Assembly (NCBI GenBank): GCA_012030715.1
Contig: JAAUUJ010000002.1
Span: 4,966-68,965 of the forward strand
Source of the DNA: Synechococcaceae cyanobacterium SM2_3_1
Lineage (GTDB): Bacteria > Cyanobacteriota > Cyanobacteriia > Thermostichales > Thermostichaceae
Reading direction: 5' to 3'
DNA: 64,000 nt
A program made the position numbers and the translations under genes. The notes under the pieces are model-generated. The model worked only from the letters and a program-made list of their open reading frames with translations, was not told the origin of the DNA and did not search any database. This document shows, piece by piece, positions 22,653 through 33,850 of the stretch. The first letter of the stretch is position 1. Each line of letters starts with the position of its first letter.

Positions 22653-24886
22653 ATGCAATTCAAAGCACAATGGCAGGGGTTTGTCCCCGAACAATGGATG
22701 AGACAGGTGGATGTGCGGGATTTTATTCAGCACAACTACACCCTCATGAGGGAGATGGAGCCTTTCTCGCAGGCCCCAGTCAGCGTACCACTCAGCTATG
22801 GCAACAGGTGATTCAGCTGATGCTGCAGGAACGGGAGAAGGGGATCCTGGATGTGGATACTTCTGTCCCCACCTCACTTACGGCTCATGCTCCCGGGTAC
22901 ATTGATGCCGATCTGGAGCAGATCGTTGGCCTGCAAACCGATCAACCCCTGAAACGGGCCATCATGCCTCTGGGGGGAATTCGTATCGTCAAGAAGTCGC
23001 TAGAGGCCTACGGGTATCAACTGGATCCCGCCACCGAAGAGATTTTTTCCCGCCACCGCAAAACCCACAATGACGGTGTCTTTGATGTCTACACCCGCTC
23101 CATGCGTCTGGCACGCCACTCGGGGATCATCACAGGCTTACCGGATGCCTATGGTCGCGGTCGCATTATTGGCGATTACCGTCGCGTGGCTCTCTATGGT
23201 GTAGATGCTCTGATCGATGACAAGAAGCAGCAGCAAGAATCCCTGGAAGTCGGGGCCATGACAGAAGAGGTGATCCGGCTGCGGGAAGAACTCTCGGAGC
23301 AGATCAAGGCCCTGTTTGAGCTGAAGGAGATGGCCAGTCGCTATGGCTTTGAGATTGGTCAGCCTGCTGCCAACAGCCGTGAAGCCGTGCAGTGGACTTA
23401 CTTTGGCTATCTGGGGGCGGTTAAGGAACAGAATGGAGCCGCCATGTCGCTGGGACGGGTGTCCACCTTCCTGGATATTTTCTTTGAGCGCGATCTGCAG
23501 CAGGGTCTGATCAGCGAGGCCGAACTGCAGGAACTGATCGATCACTTTGTCATGAAGCTGCGCATGGTGCGCTTCCTGCGTACCCCTGATTACAACGAGC
23601 TTTTCTCGGGGGATCCCACCTGGGTGACCGAGTGTATTGGGGGGATGGGGGTGGATGGCCGCACGCTGGTGACCAAAACCAGTTTCCGCATCCTGCAGAC
23701 CCTTTACAACCTCGGCCCGGCCCCTGAACCCAACCTCACCGTACTCTGGTCGGAGCGCCTGCCGGAGGGCTTCAAAGCTTTCTGTTCTCAGGTTTCCATT
23801 GACACCAGCTCTATTCAGTACGAAAACGACGATCTGATGCGGGTCTACTACGGCGATGACTACGGCATTGCCTGCTGTGTCTCTGCCATGCGCATCGGTA
23901 AGCAGATGCAGTTTTTCGGCGCACGGGTGAATCTGGCCAAGGCCCTCCTCTACGCCATCAATGGGGGAATCGATGAAAAGTATGGGGAACAGATCGCGCC
24001 TCAGTTTGCCCCCATCACCAGCGATACCCTCACCTACGAGGAGGTGTGGAGCCGTCTGGATCAGATGATGGACTGGCTGGCCGGACTTTACATCAACTCC
24101 CTCAACGTCATCCACTACATGCACGACAGGTATTGCTACGAGCGGATCGAAATGGCACTGCATGACCGCGATGTTTACCGCACGATGGCCTGCGGGATTG
24201 CCGGGCTCTCAGTGGTGGCGGATGCCCTCTCAGCGATCAAATATGCAGAGGTGAGCGTGATCCGCGATCAGCGGGGTCTAGCCGTTGACTATGCGATCAA
24301 AGGGGAGTTTCCCAGCTTTGGGAATAACGATGAGCGAGCCGATGCCCTGGCGGTGCAGCTGGTGGAAACATTCATGAATAAGTTGCGCCAGCATCCCACC
24401 TACCGCAATGCGGTGCCCACCCAGTCGATCCTGACGATCACCTCCAATGTGGTCTATGGCAAAAAGACCGGGAACACCCCAGATGGTCGGCGGGCGGGCG
24501 AACCCTTTGCTCCAGGTGCTAACCCCATGCACGGGCGGGATCAGAAAGGAGCAGTCGCGGCCCTGGAGTCGGTGGCTCAGCTGCCCTATGACCATGCCCA
24601 GGACGGGATCTCCTACACCTTCTCGATTGTGCCTGCGGCTCTGGGCAAGAGCGCCAGTGACCGGATCAGCAATCTGGCCCACATGCTGGATGGCTACTTC
24701 CGCGACTCGGGCCACCACATCAACATCAATGTCCTCAACCGCGAAACCCTGCTGGATGCCGTGGATCATCCGGAGCTTTACCCGCAACTCACGATTCGTG
24801 TCTCGGGCTATGCGGTCAACTTCGTCAAGCTTACCCGTGAGCAGCAGATGGATGTGATCAATCGCACTTTCCATGAACGGCTCTAG
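22653..24886 (+). pseudogene. pflB: pyruvate formate-lyase (formate C-acetyltransferase), N-terminus displaced by an apparent -1 frameshift
   Basis: From ATG 22653 (preceded by GGGAGAGAGGG) the frame gives [30 protein letters not shown]. The conserved continuation (P)[19 protein letters not shown] is in the 22616..24886 frame. The junction CACCCTCAT would need CACCCCTCAT, a CCC run at 22741-22743. The glycyl-radical motif RVSGYAV is at the C-terminus. Confidence 0.9.
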
Positions 24887-24961
24887 TCCCTTGCCCTGGG
24901 GATCAGGCTGTGGGATTGTCCTGTGGCCTGATCTGAACTGAACTTTTCTCAACGGAGACCC

Positions 24962-25708
24962 ATGCCCCCTGTCACCTGTACCCAAGGCCGAATCCATTCT
25001 GTCGAAACTTGCGGCACTGTGGATGGGCCGGGAATTCGCTTCGTGGTCTTCACCCAGGGATGCCCGCTGCGGTGTCTGTACTGCCACAATCCTGACTGCC
25101 GCAGCTTTACGGGGGGGCGGGAAGTCAGTGTGGATGAGTTGGTGGCAGAGATCCAGCGGTATCGCTCCTATCTACGTCATGGTGGAGTCACCATCAGTGG
25201 AGGCGAACCTCTGCTGCAGCCCGAGTTTACGGGAGAACTGATCCATCGCTGTCGGCAGTTGGGGATCCATACCGCTGTGGATACTTCCGGCTATATTCCC
25301 TTGGCCCAGTCCCGTCCAGTGCTGGAAGAAGTGGATCTGGTGCTCCTGGATATCAAGTCCTTTGATCCAGAGATTTACTTCCGCATCACCCATGTGGATC
25401 TGCAGCCCACTCTGGAGACCGCTCGCTTCCTGGATCAGATCCAGAAACCCACCTGGATCCGGTTTGTGCTGGTGCCAGGTCTCTCGGATCCCGTGGCCAA
25501 TGTGGAGGGACTGGCAGATTTTGTGGCCACCCTCAGCAATGTAGAACGCGTAGAAGTTTTGCCCTTCCACAAGATGGGTGAATACAAATGGGAACAACTG
25601 GGAATGGACTACCTGCTCAAGGACACCCCGCCGCCATCCGCGGATCTCATCCGTCAGACCGCTGCCATCTTCCGTGATCGAGGCTTGCAGGTGGTGGGTG
25701 ATAGCTAA
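24962..25708 (+). CDS. pflA: pyruvate formate-lyase activating enzyme (radical SAM)
   Basis: ORF track 248 aa. GRIHSVETCGTVDGPGIRFVVFTQGCPLRCLYCHNPD contains the CxxxCxxC cluster. Confidence 0.95.
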   Translation: MPPVTCTQGRIHSVETCGTVDGPGIRFVVFTQGCPLRCLYCHNPDCRSFTGGREVSVDELVAEIQRYRSYLRHGGVTISGGEPLLQPEFTGELIHRCRQLGIHTAVDTSGYIPLAQSRPVLEEVDLVLLDIKSFDPEIYFRITHVDLQPTLETARFLDQIQKPTWIRFVLVPGLSDPVANVEGLADFVATLSNVERVEVLPFHKMGEYKWEQLGMDYLLKDTPPPSADLIRQTAAIFRDRGLQVVGDS

Positions 25709-25741
25709 GTTGCGGATTTTGATTCGCAAAGGGAAATAGCC

Positions 25742-26167
25742 ATGCATGTTGATGTTACCTACCAAGGCCAGGTGAAATTTGAAGCTGCCAGCCGTGGTCA
25801 TCGGGTTCTGACGGATCAACCCCTGGAGAATGGGGGCCGGGATGAGGGCATGACTCCCCCCGAATGGTTTCTTGCCTCCCTGGGCAGTTGTATTGGGTTC
25901 TATGCGGTCAAGTATCTGGAAGCCAGGCATCTAGATACCAGAGGATTATCGATCTCGGTCACCGCCCAGAAGACCCTCAGCACTCCCATTTACCTCGATC
26001 CGATCGAGATTCAGATCCATGTCCCTATTCCGCTAGACCAACGGCACCAACAGGGATTGATCAAGGCGGCAGATGCCTGTCTGATTCACAATACCCTGAC
26101 CCAGCATCCCAGCGTGGTCACCCGCCTTTGTTTACCGACTTCCCCTGCATCCAGTTCAATGTCTTGA
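25742..26167 (+). CDS. OsmC/Ohr family protein
   Basis: ORF track 141 aa. It has two conserved Cys contexts (ASLGSCIGFY and AADACLIHNTL) and lies 34 nt after pflA. Confidence 0.8.
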   Translation: MHVDVTYQGQVKFEAASRGHRVLTDQPLENGGRDEGMTPPEWFLASLGSCIGFYAVKYLEARHLDTRGLSISVTAQKTLSTPIYLDPIEIQIHVPIPLDQRHQQGLIKAADACLIHNTLTQHPSVVTRLCLPTSPASSSMS

Positions 26168-26486
26168 GCCCTGATGTGTTGAGGCCATCAACCTTGACTT
26201 AAACTCTGGTATTGCCGTTGAAAACTGTGTGCACGGATACCATCCCTAAAATCGTAGCTCGATCCCTACAATTTCTGTAATTGGGAATACTTAATTGCGC
26301 ATTCTTTCTCCCACTAATTCCCATGGGTCAGATTAATCTTTCAACACTATTAAATCTGTGTGCTTTGGCCAGTAATTAAGCCTACTATCGCAGCAAGGCA
26401 AAGAGAATCTAGGGCTTTGGTCGACAAATGCCCACTGGAAGTCTGTATTTATCAGGATTCCAGAACCACCATGATGGAGACAGGTT

Positions 26487-29144
26487 ATGACAGTCGTCGC
26501 AACACTCGCAGAACTAGAAGCACTGATCCAGAACGTCCAGACTGCCCAAGCTCAATTTGCCACCTACTCTCAAGCACAGGTTGATCATATTTTCAAGCAG
26601 GCTGCGCAGGCCGCAAATGCCGCACGCATTCCCCTGGCTAAGATGGCCGTGGCAGAAACCGGAATGGGGATCGTCGAAGATAAGGTGATCAAAAATCACT
26701 TTGCCTCAGAGATTATCTACAACAAGTACAAAAACAGCAAAACCTGTGGCCTGATCGAGGCGGATCCGCATTACGGGATTCAGAAGTTTGCCGAGCCTGT
26801 GGGGATTCTGGCCGGAATTGTGCCTACCACCAATCCCACCTCTACTGCCATCTTCAAATCACTCATTGCCCTGAAAACCCGCAACGCCATCATCTTTTCT
26901 CCTCACCCCCGCGCCAAGGGCTGCACGATTGAAGCGGCCCGGATTGTTCTGGAGGCAGCAGTTGCGGCAGGGGCCCCTCCCCAGATCATTGGCTGGATCG
27001 ATGTTCCCAGTATTGAGCTGTCTCAAGCCCTGATGCAACACCCCGCCATCAGCCTGATCCTGGCCACCGGAGGACCGGGCATGGTGCGGGCCGCTTACTC
27101 TTCTGGCCATCCATCCTTGGGGGTAGGGGCTGGTAATACGCCTGCGGTGATCGATCGTTCCGCCGATATTCGTATGGCCGTGAGTTCGATTCTTGTGAGC
27201 AAGACTTTCGATAACGGCATGATCTGTGCCTCTGAGCAATCGGTGATTGTGGACGAGCCCATCTATGAAGAGGTGAAGCAGGAATTTGCCCACCGTGGTG
27301 CTCACCTGCTTTCCCCAGAAGAAAAAGAAGGGATCCGTCGCCTGATCCTTAAGGAGGGTCGCCTCAATGCTGCGATTGTGGGTCAACCGGTAACTGCCAT
27401 TGCAGAAATGGCCGGGTTCTCTGTACCGGAGGGCACCCGAGTGCTGATTGGGGAAAGCGATGAGATCTCGACTCTGGAGCCCCTGGCCTACGAGAAGCTC
27501 TCCCCCATCCTGGCCATGTACCGCGCCCATGACTTTGTGGATGCCGTCAATAAAGCGCAGCAACTGGTGGCCTTTGGGGGTCGGGGACATACAGCGGTTC
27601 TCTACACCGCGGTCGCCAACCGTGACGACATTGCCTACTTCGAAAACCATGTGGAGGTGGGTCGCGTCCTGATCAATACTCCCTCTTCCCAGGGGGCAAT
27701 TGGGGATCTCTACAACTTCAAGCTGGATCCCTCGCTCACCCTGGGCTGTGGCACCTGGGGTGGCAACTCTGTCTCGGTCAATGTGCAGCCGCAGCATCTA
27801 CTCAATGTGAAAACTGTCACGGAGCGGCGGGAGAACATGCAGTGGTTCCGCGTCCCTCCCAAGATCTACTTCAAGTATGGATCTCTACCTGTGGCTCTCC
27901 AGGAGCTGCGGGGGAAAAAACGTGCTTTTATCATTACCGACAAGCCCCTCTTTGAAATGGGCATGTTGAAAGAGGTGACCACAGTTCTAGATGAGATCGG
28001 GGTTGAGCACCAGATCTTCTATGACGTGAAACCGGATCCTGATCTGGCCACCGTCTACAAGGGACTGGAGCAGTGCAACAGCTTTCACCCGGATGTGTTG
28101 ATTGCCTTCGGCGGTGGCTCTCCCATGGATGCAGCCAAGGTGATCTGGTTGATGTATGAGCATCCAGAAACGGAGTTTGCAGGGCTGGCCATGCGCTTCA
28201 TGGATATCCGCAAGCGCGTCTATGATCTGCCCGCTCTAGGACAGCGAGCCATGATGGTCGCCATTCCCACCACCTCGGGAACCGGATCAGAAGTGACGCC
28301 CTTTGCGGTGGTGACCGACGAGAAAGCTGGCATCAAGTATCCTCTAGCGGATTACTCCCTCACCCCCAACATGGCCATCGTGGATCCAGAACTGGTGCTG
28401 CATATGCCCAAGCGGCTGACGGCCTACGGTGGCATTGATGCCCTTACCCATGCCCTGGAAGCCTATGTCTCGGTCATGTCCACCGAGTTTACCGAAGGAC
28501 TGGCGCTGGAGGCCATTGGTTTACTCATGACCTACCTGCCCCGCTCCTATGCCAATGGGGCTCAGGATCCCGAGGCGCGCGAGCGGGTGCACTACGCCGC
28601 CACCATTGCTGGACTGGCTTTTGCCAACGCGTTCCTGGGGATCTGCCACTCCATGGCCCACAAGCTCGGATCCAGTTTCCATGTGCCCCATGGTCTGGCC
28701 AATGCCCTGATGATTTCCCATGTGATCCGCTACAACGCTACGGATGCTCCCTTCAAGCAGGCGATCTTCTCCCAGTACCACTTCCCCCACGCCAAAGCGC
28801 GCTACGCCGAGATTGCCGATTATCTGCACCTGGGGGGTAGCAACGATGATCAGAAAGTGGAACTGCTGGTCGAGGCTATAGAAAATCTGAAGCGGCAACT
28901 GGATATTCCTCTGACCATCAAAGAGGTGCTGTCGGAGGAAGATAAGGGCTTCTTTGAGCAGCTGGAGGAACTGGCGGATCAGGCCTTCGATGATCAGTGC
29001 ACCGGAGCCAACCCCCGTTATCCTCTAATTCGGGATCTGAAGGAGTTGTTCGTCCTGGCTTATCAGGGATGCCGTGTAGATGCCACGCTCTTCCACCCTG
29101 AATCTGAGCCTCAAAGCAAATCTGAAGCCATCGTCACCGTGTAG
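26487..29144 (+). CDS. adhE: bifunctional acetaldehyde-CoA / alcohol dehydrogenase
   Basis: ORF track 885 aa. It has an N-terminal ALDH domain (MICASEQSVIV) and a C-terminal Fe-ADH domain (GGGSPMDAAK, ICHSMAHKLG). Confidence 0.97.
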   Translation: MTVVATLAELEALIQNVQTAQAQFATYSQAQVDHIFKQAAQAANAARIPLAKMAVAETGMGIVEDKVIKNHFASEIIYNKYKNSKTCGLIEADPHYGIQKFAEPVGILAGIVPTTNPTSTAIFKSLIALKTRNAIIFSPHPRAKGCTIEAARIVLEAAVAAGAPPQIIGWIDVPSIELSQALMQHPAISLILATGGPGMVRAAYSSGHPSLGVGAGNTPAVIDRSADIRMAVSSILVSKTFDNGMICASEQSVIVDEPIYEEVKQEFAHRGAHLLSPEEKEGIRRLILKEGRLNAAIVGQPVTAIAEMAGFSVPEGTRVLIGESDEISTLEPLAYEKLSPILAMYRAHDFVDAVNKAQQLVAFGGRGHTAVLYTAVANRDDIAYFENHVEVGRVLINTPSSQGAIGDLYNFKLDPSLTLGCGTWGGNSVSVNVQPQHLLNVKTVTERRENMQWFRVPPKIYFKYGSLPVALQELRGKKRAFIITDKPLFEMGMLKEVTTVLDEIGVEHQIFYDVKPDPDLATVYKGLEQCNSFHPDVLIAFGGGSPMDAAKVIWLMYEHPETEFAGLAMRFMDIRKRVYDLPALGQRAMMVAIPTTSGTGSEVTPFAVVTDEKAGIKYPLADYSLTPNMAIVDPELVLHMPKRLTAYGGIDALTHALEAYVSVMSTEFTEGLALEAIGLLMTYLPRSYANGAQDPEARERVHYAATIAGLAFANAFLGICHSMAHKLGSSFHVPHGLANALMISHVIRYNATDAPFKQAIFSQYHFPHAKARYAEIADYLHLGGSNDDQKVELLVEAIENLKRQLDIPLTIKEVLSEEDKGFFEQLEELADQAFDDQCTGANPRYPLIRDLKELFVLAYQGCRVDATLFHPESEPQSKSEAIVTV

Positions 29145-29162
29145 TTTGCCAGTGAGTTTGCT

Positions 29163-31931
29163 ATGCATACCTTGCCAGCCCAGTCGTCTACCCTGGACCC
29201 AGCTCACGATATTCTGCAAGCACGGCGGCACCCTCTAGAATCACTTTTTTCTCCCCGTTCAGTTGCAGTGATCGGAGCCACGGAGCGTCCCGGGAGTGTG
29301 GGGCGCACCATTCTCTGGAACCTGATCAGCAGTCCCTTTGGGGGAACCGTTTATCCTGTAAATCCCAAGCGGCATAGTGTTCTGGGCATCCAGGCCTATG
29401 CGGATATGGCCAGCATTCCCGAGCCAGTAGATCTGGCGGTGGTGGTGACCCCGGCCGCAACAGTCCCGGCGGTGATCCGCGAATGTGTGGATGTCGGTGT
29501 CAAGGGGGCCATCATCATCTCTGCCGGATTTAAGGAAACCGGATCGGAGGGGATCGCTTTGGAGCAACAGGTATTGCAGGAGGCGCGCCGCGGTCAGTTG
29601 CGGATCATTGGACCCAACTGCCTGGGATTGATGAACCCTCACTCTGGATTGAATGCCACATTTGCCAGTTCTATGGCTCGTCCGGGAAATGTGGGCTTTA
29701 TCAGTCAAAGTGGAGCCCTCTGCACCTCAATCCTGGACTGGAGCTTTCGTGAGCATGTGGGATTCAGTGCCTTCATTTCCATTGGCTCCATGCTGGATGT
29801 GGGCTGGGGAGATCTGATCGATTATCTGGGAGATGATCCTCACACCCAGAGCATTGTCATCTATATGGAATCGGTGGGGGAGGCCCGCGCCTTTCTCTCT
29901 GCTGCACGGGAGGTGGCCCTGACCAAACCGATCATTGTCATTAACGCGGGTCGGACGGAAGCCGCAGCACAGGCGGCAGCCTCCCACACAGGGGCCCTGG
30001 CAGGCAGTGATGAGGTGCTCTCGGCAGCCTTTCGGCGCTGTGGTGTCCTGCGTGTCAACACCATTGATGATCTCTTTAATATGGCAGAGGTGCTGGCCAA
30101 ACAGCCCCGTCCTCGCGGAAAGCGGTTGACGATCCTGACCAATGCGGGTGGGCCGGGGGTTCTCACCACGGATGCCCTGATCCGTGAAGGCGGGGAACTG
30201 GCTCCGCTTTCAGAGGACACGATCGCAGCCCTGAACCAGGTGCTTCCCCCCCACTGGAGTCATGCCAATCCGATTGACATTCTTGGGGACGCCGATCCCA
30301 AACGCTATGCCCAGGCCATGGAGATCGCGCTGGAGGAACCCAACAGTGACGGACTGCTGATCATCCTTACCCCTCAGGCAATGACAGATCCCACCGAAAC
30401 CGCTCAGCAACTGGTGGACTATCTGCGCTCCAAGCGGGGGAAAGTCCAGACCCCACGCCCCATGCTGGCCAGCTGGATGGGCGGACAGAGTGTAGGAGAA
30501 GGGGAAGCGATCCTCAACCAGGCCCATATCTTTACCTTTCCGTACCCAGATACGGCGGCCCATGTGTTTAACTACATGTGGCAGTACAGCTATAATCTGC
30601 GCGGCATTTATGAAACTCCGGTTCTGGCTTCGGAGGATGAAGAGCAAGGACTGGATCGGGAGCAGGCAGCCGCAATCGTCCAGGCGGTACAGGTCACGCA
30701 GCGCACCATCTAACGGAATGGGAGGCCAAGCAGGTGCTGGCGGCCTACGGGATCCCCACCGTCCCGACCCAGGTGGCCAGCAATGCCGAACAAGCGGTGG
30801 CGGCTGCCCAAGAGATCGGTTATCCGGTGGTGTTGAAGTTAAATTCCTACACCATCACCCATAAAACCGATGTCGGAGGCGTGAAGCTGAATCTGCCGGA
30901 TGCGGAGGCTGTACAGACTGCTTATGATCAGATCCTGGCTTCTGTGACAGCAAAAGTGGGACTGGAACACTTTCAGGGGGTCACGGTCCAGCCCATGATC
31001 CGGTTGAAGGGGTATGAGCTGATCCTGGGGAGCAGTGTCGATCCGCAATTTGGTCCAGTGCTCTTATTCGGGAGTGGAGGCCAACTGGTGGAAGTATTTC
31101 AAGATCGGGCTCTGGCGCTACCTCCCCTCAATACCACCCTGGCGCGGCGACTCATGGAACAAACCCGCATCTATGAAGCCCTGAAAGGGGTACGGGGTCA
31201 GGCAGCAGTGGATCTGGACAGACTAGAACAGTTGCTGGTTCACTTTAGCCAGTTGGTGGTGGAGCAACCCTGGATTAAAGAGATCGATATCAATCCCCTG
31301 CTGGTGGGTGAGCACGGGTTTCTGGCTCTGGATGCCCGCGTCATCCTGCATGCCCCAGAAATGGTAGAAGCAGATCTGCCGCGGCCTGCGATCCGGCCTT
31401 ACCCGATTCAATATGTGTCTCCCTGGACTACTGAGAGTGGCGTGGAGGTGATGTTCCGCCCGATCCGGCCTGAGGATGAGCCGTTGCTGGTGCAGTTTCA
31501 TCAAACCCTCTCGGAGGAAAGCATTTATCTGCGCTACTTCCACCTGATCAAATTTAATCAACGGGTGGCCCATGAGCGGCTGGTGCGCATTTGCTTTAAC
31601 GACTATGACCGTGAAATTGCTCTCGTGGTAGATCGGCTGGATCCGGACCAAGGGTGCCATCAGATCTTGGGAGTCGGTCGTCTGAGTAAAATGCATGGGG
31701 TGAATCAAGCTGAGTTTGGCATGCTGGTGAATGATCACTGGCAGGGACAGGGAATCGGCACTGAACTGTTGGGGCGTTTGGTGCAGATAGGCCGGGGATG
31801 AAAAACTGGACCGGATCCGGGCAGACATTCTCCTGGATAATGGGGCTATGCAACAGGTCTGTCGCAAGATCGGGTTTCAACTCACTCCTATTGCCTCTGA
31901 AGGGATCGTTGAGGCTGAGCTGATCTTGTAA
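29163..31931 (+). pseudogene. NDP-forming acetyl-CoA synthetase-like / GNAT fusion (Acd- or Pat-type), read in three frames because of two apparent indels
   Basis: ORF 29163..30713 holds the CoA-binding and ligase domains and ends ...VQVTQRTI*. The ATP-grasp continues in the next frame as [19 protein letters not shown] (ORF 30734..31801), ending ...LVQIGRG*. The GNAT C-terminus continues as DEKLDRIRADILLDNGAMQQVCRKIGFQL...AELIL* to TAA at 31929-31931. The shift sites are about 30708-30712 (-1) and the GGGG run 31794-31797 (+1). Confidence 0.85.
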
Positions 31932-31994
31932 CCTACCCTAAAGAGCAGAGATGCCTCGCGTTATTCCTGAACAGTAATCGGTAAGGGCTCAAGG

Positions 31995-32942
31995 TTGATG
32001 AGGATCAAATCACTGGCACGGATCCTCACGTCGATCCTGGGGCCTGTGATCTTTGGTCTTGCCCTCTGGTCTATTTCCATTGAGCTCAGAGGTTATAACT
32101 TTGAAGATGTACTTGATGGCATCGAACGCATCGAGACAGGCCAACTGCTACAGGCTTTCCTGTTGACCTGGATTAGCTACGGTGCTGTCTCCTGTTACGA
32201 CCTGATCTCCTTCCGGTACATCAAATCAGAATTAGCCTTTCCCAAGATCGCTCTCGTAGGCTTTATCACCTATGCGATCAGTCCTACGGTTGGTTTTCCG
32301 TTCCTAACCGCCGGTGCTCTCAGATACCGACTCTACCCCACCTGGGGTATTTCTGCAGGCCAGGTTGCCCAGGTGATTCTCTTTTCTAACTTGAGCCTCT
32401 GGGTGGGACTCTTCTCGATTGGGGGCCTGTCGCTGTCATTGACTTCCTCACCGATCCCAGAGGAGCTTGAGGTTCCCTTCCACTCTCTCCAACCTCTGGG
32501 AGGGATCTGTATACTGCTCACAGCTATTTATCTACTCCTCTGTCAGCGGATGAATAGTCCGATTCAGTGGCGTAGCTATATATTTCACTTCCCTAGTTTG
32601 AAGATAGCTCTGGCCCAGATCTTGACTTTTGCTGTTGATTGGGGTGCTGCCTCCGCCGCACTCTACAGTCTATTTTCTTTTTCTGATCAATTTAGCTACC
32701 TGGAGTTTTTCGGAGCCTATGTGATTGGGATGGTGGCCGGTTTGATCAGTACAGTTCCGGGAGGGCTGGGGGTTTTTGAGACGATCATGATTTTCTTTCT
32801 GTCTATATTTCTCCCCAATCCGGTGATTTTAGGAACCATTTTGATCTTTAGATTAATCTATTACATTATCCCCCTGGGTATTGCTATTCTTTTTCTGGGA
32901 GGATTTGAGATCTATCAACGCTTGCAACCATCGCAACAGTAA
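31995..32942 (+). CDS. polytopic membrane protein, UPF0104 / lysylphosphatidylglycerol-synthase TM-region-like
   Basis: ORF track 315 aa with about 8 hydrophobic helices. The family assignment is from general resemblance only (ISFRYIKSELAFPKIALVGFITYAISPTVGF...LRYRLY). Confidence 0.55.
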   Translation: MMRIKSLARILTSILGPVIFGLALWSISIELRGYNFEDVLDGIERIETGQLLQAFLLTWISYGAVSCYDLISFRYIKSELAFPKIALVGFITYAISPTVGFPFLTAGALRYRLYPTWGISAGQVAQVILFSNLSLWVGLFSIGGLSLSLTSSPIPEELEVPFHSLQPLGGICILLTAIYLLLCQRMNSPIQWRSYIFHFPSLKIALAQILTFAVDWGAASAALYSLFSFSDQFSYLEFFGAYVIGMVAGLISTVPGGLGVFETIMIFFLSIFLPNPVILGTILIFRLIYYIIPLGIAILFLGGFEIYQRLQPSQQ

Positions 32943-32969
32943 ATGAACCTCTGTAACTTCTGGGTAGAA

Positions 32970-33686
32970 TTAAAGGTGCCAGATCGGGGTCAATCCACAG
33001 AGGGCCATGGCCAGGGGTAAAGCCGGGAGGAGGTTGCCAACGCGCATCGGTTTTATGTTTAAAAGATTGATGCCCACCCCCATGATCAGAATGCCGCCAG
33101 AGGCGGTGAGGGCTGCTATGATATCTTCGTTCAAAAGAGCGCTCAGGGATTGTCCTAGCAGCGTGATCGTACCCTGGTAGACCAGAACCGGACCTGCAGA
33201 AAAGATGACGCCGATCCCCAGACTGGTGGTAAAGGCCACCGAGGCGATGCCATCCAGGGCTGCCTTGATCACCAGCAACGAGGGATCGTTTTCCAGACCA
33301 TCCTGCAGAGAACCCAGAATCGCCAGTGGCCCAACCAAATAGACAATAGTGGCGGTCATGAAGGCCTGGGTAATCGGACTGGGGCCCCAATAGCGATGCA
33401 CCTGATCCTCGATCCATTCGCCCGCGTGCCGCAGATGCTTTTCAATATCGATGCTCTCCCCGATCAGGGCTCCGGTAACTAACGCCAGCAGGATCACCAC
33501 GGCCTGAGCAGCCGTTTCTGCGGCCAGGGACATCTGCACCCCAATGCCGATCACCAGCAGGCCCATCACTTGAAGCATCGTTTCACTGATACGAGGAGGC
33601 AAACGCTGACCCAAAAGCAAGCCCACAAGACTTCCCAGCAGGATCATGCCGACATTAATTAAGGTGCCAATCCCTGCAAAGAGCAT
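32970..33686 (-). CDS. DUF554-family membrane protein
   Basis: ORF track 238 aa. MLFAGIGTLINVGMILLGSLVGLLLGQRLP... is typical of YdfK/YqgA-like DUF554 proteins. Confidence 0.7.
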   Translation of the reverse strand: MLFAGIGTLINVGMILLGSLVGLLLGQRLPPRISETMLQVMGLLVIGIGVQMSLAAETAAQAVVILLALVTGALIGESIDIEKHLRHAGEWIEDQVHRYWGPSPITQAFMTATIVYLVGPLAILGSLQDGLENDPSLLVIKAALDGIASVAFTTSLGIGVIFSAGPVLVYQGTITLLGQSLSALLNEDIIAALTASGGILIMGVGINLLNIKPMRVGNLLPALPLAMALCGLTPIWHL

Positions 33687-33850
33687 GATTCAATTCCTTG
33701 TCTCTCAAGCTACGATGAGCATGCAGAACCGCCCCCACCACCGCAGTGACTTCTTCTCCCCCTGATCCGATTGTCCTCCCCTGAAGCAGAACGCCCCAGT
33801 CCCTCGAATTTTCCTCCTCTTCCGTCCCCAAACCCAGCCCCCTGTACCTG

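Noticed and set aside
23138-24163. 341-aa antisense ORF inside pflB. Similar long antisense or alternative-frame ORFs occur inside acs (5489..6133, 6118..6720), pflB/pflA (24278..25087), pflA/osmC (25172..25930), adhE (26859..27797), acd (29259..29708, 31223..31867), dprA (42912..43277, 42997..43338), the decarboxylase gene (51519..52457) and trpS (52844..53323).
   Set aside because: All lie opposite to, or out of frame with, strongly conserved genes. They have Arg/Gly/Pro/His-rich compositions typical of GC-rich shadow frames and contain no recognisable motifs.
26178-26192. Inverted repeat GTTGA-N5-TCAAC just after the osmC-like stop, considered as an FNR/CRP-type box upstream of adhE
   Set aside because: The spacing does not fit TTGAT-N4-ATCAA (13 nt core instead of 14). 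It lies about 300 nt from adhE, and it is equally consistent with a weak stem-loop at the end of the pflBA-osmC unit.
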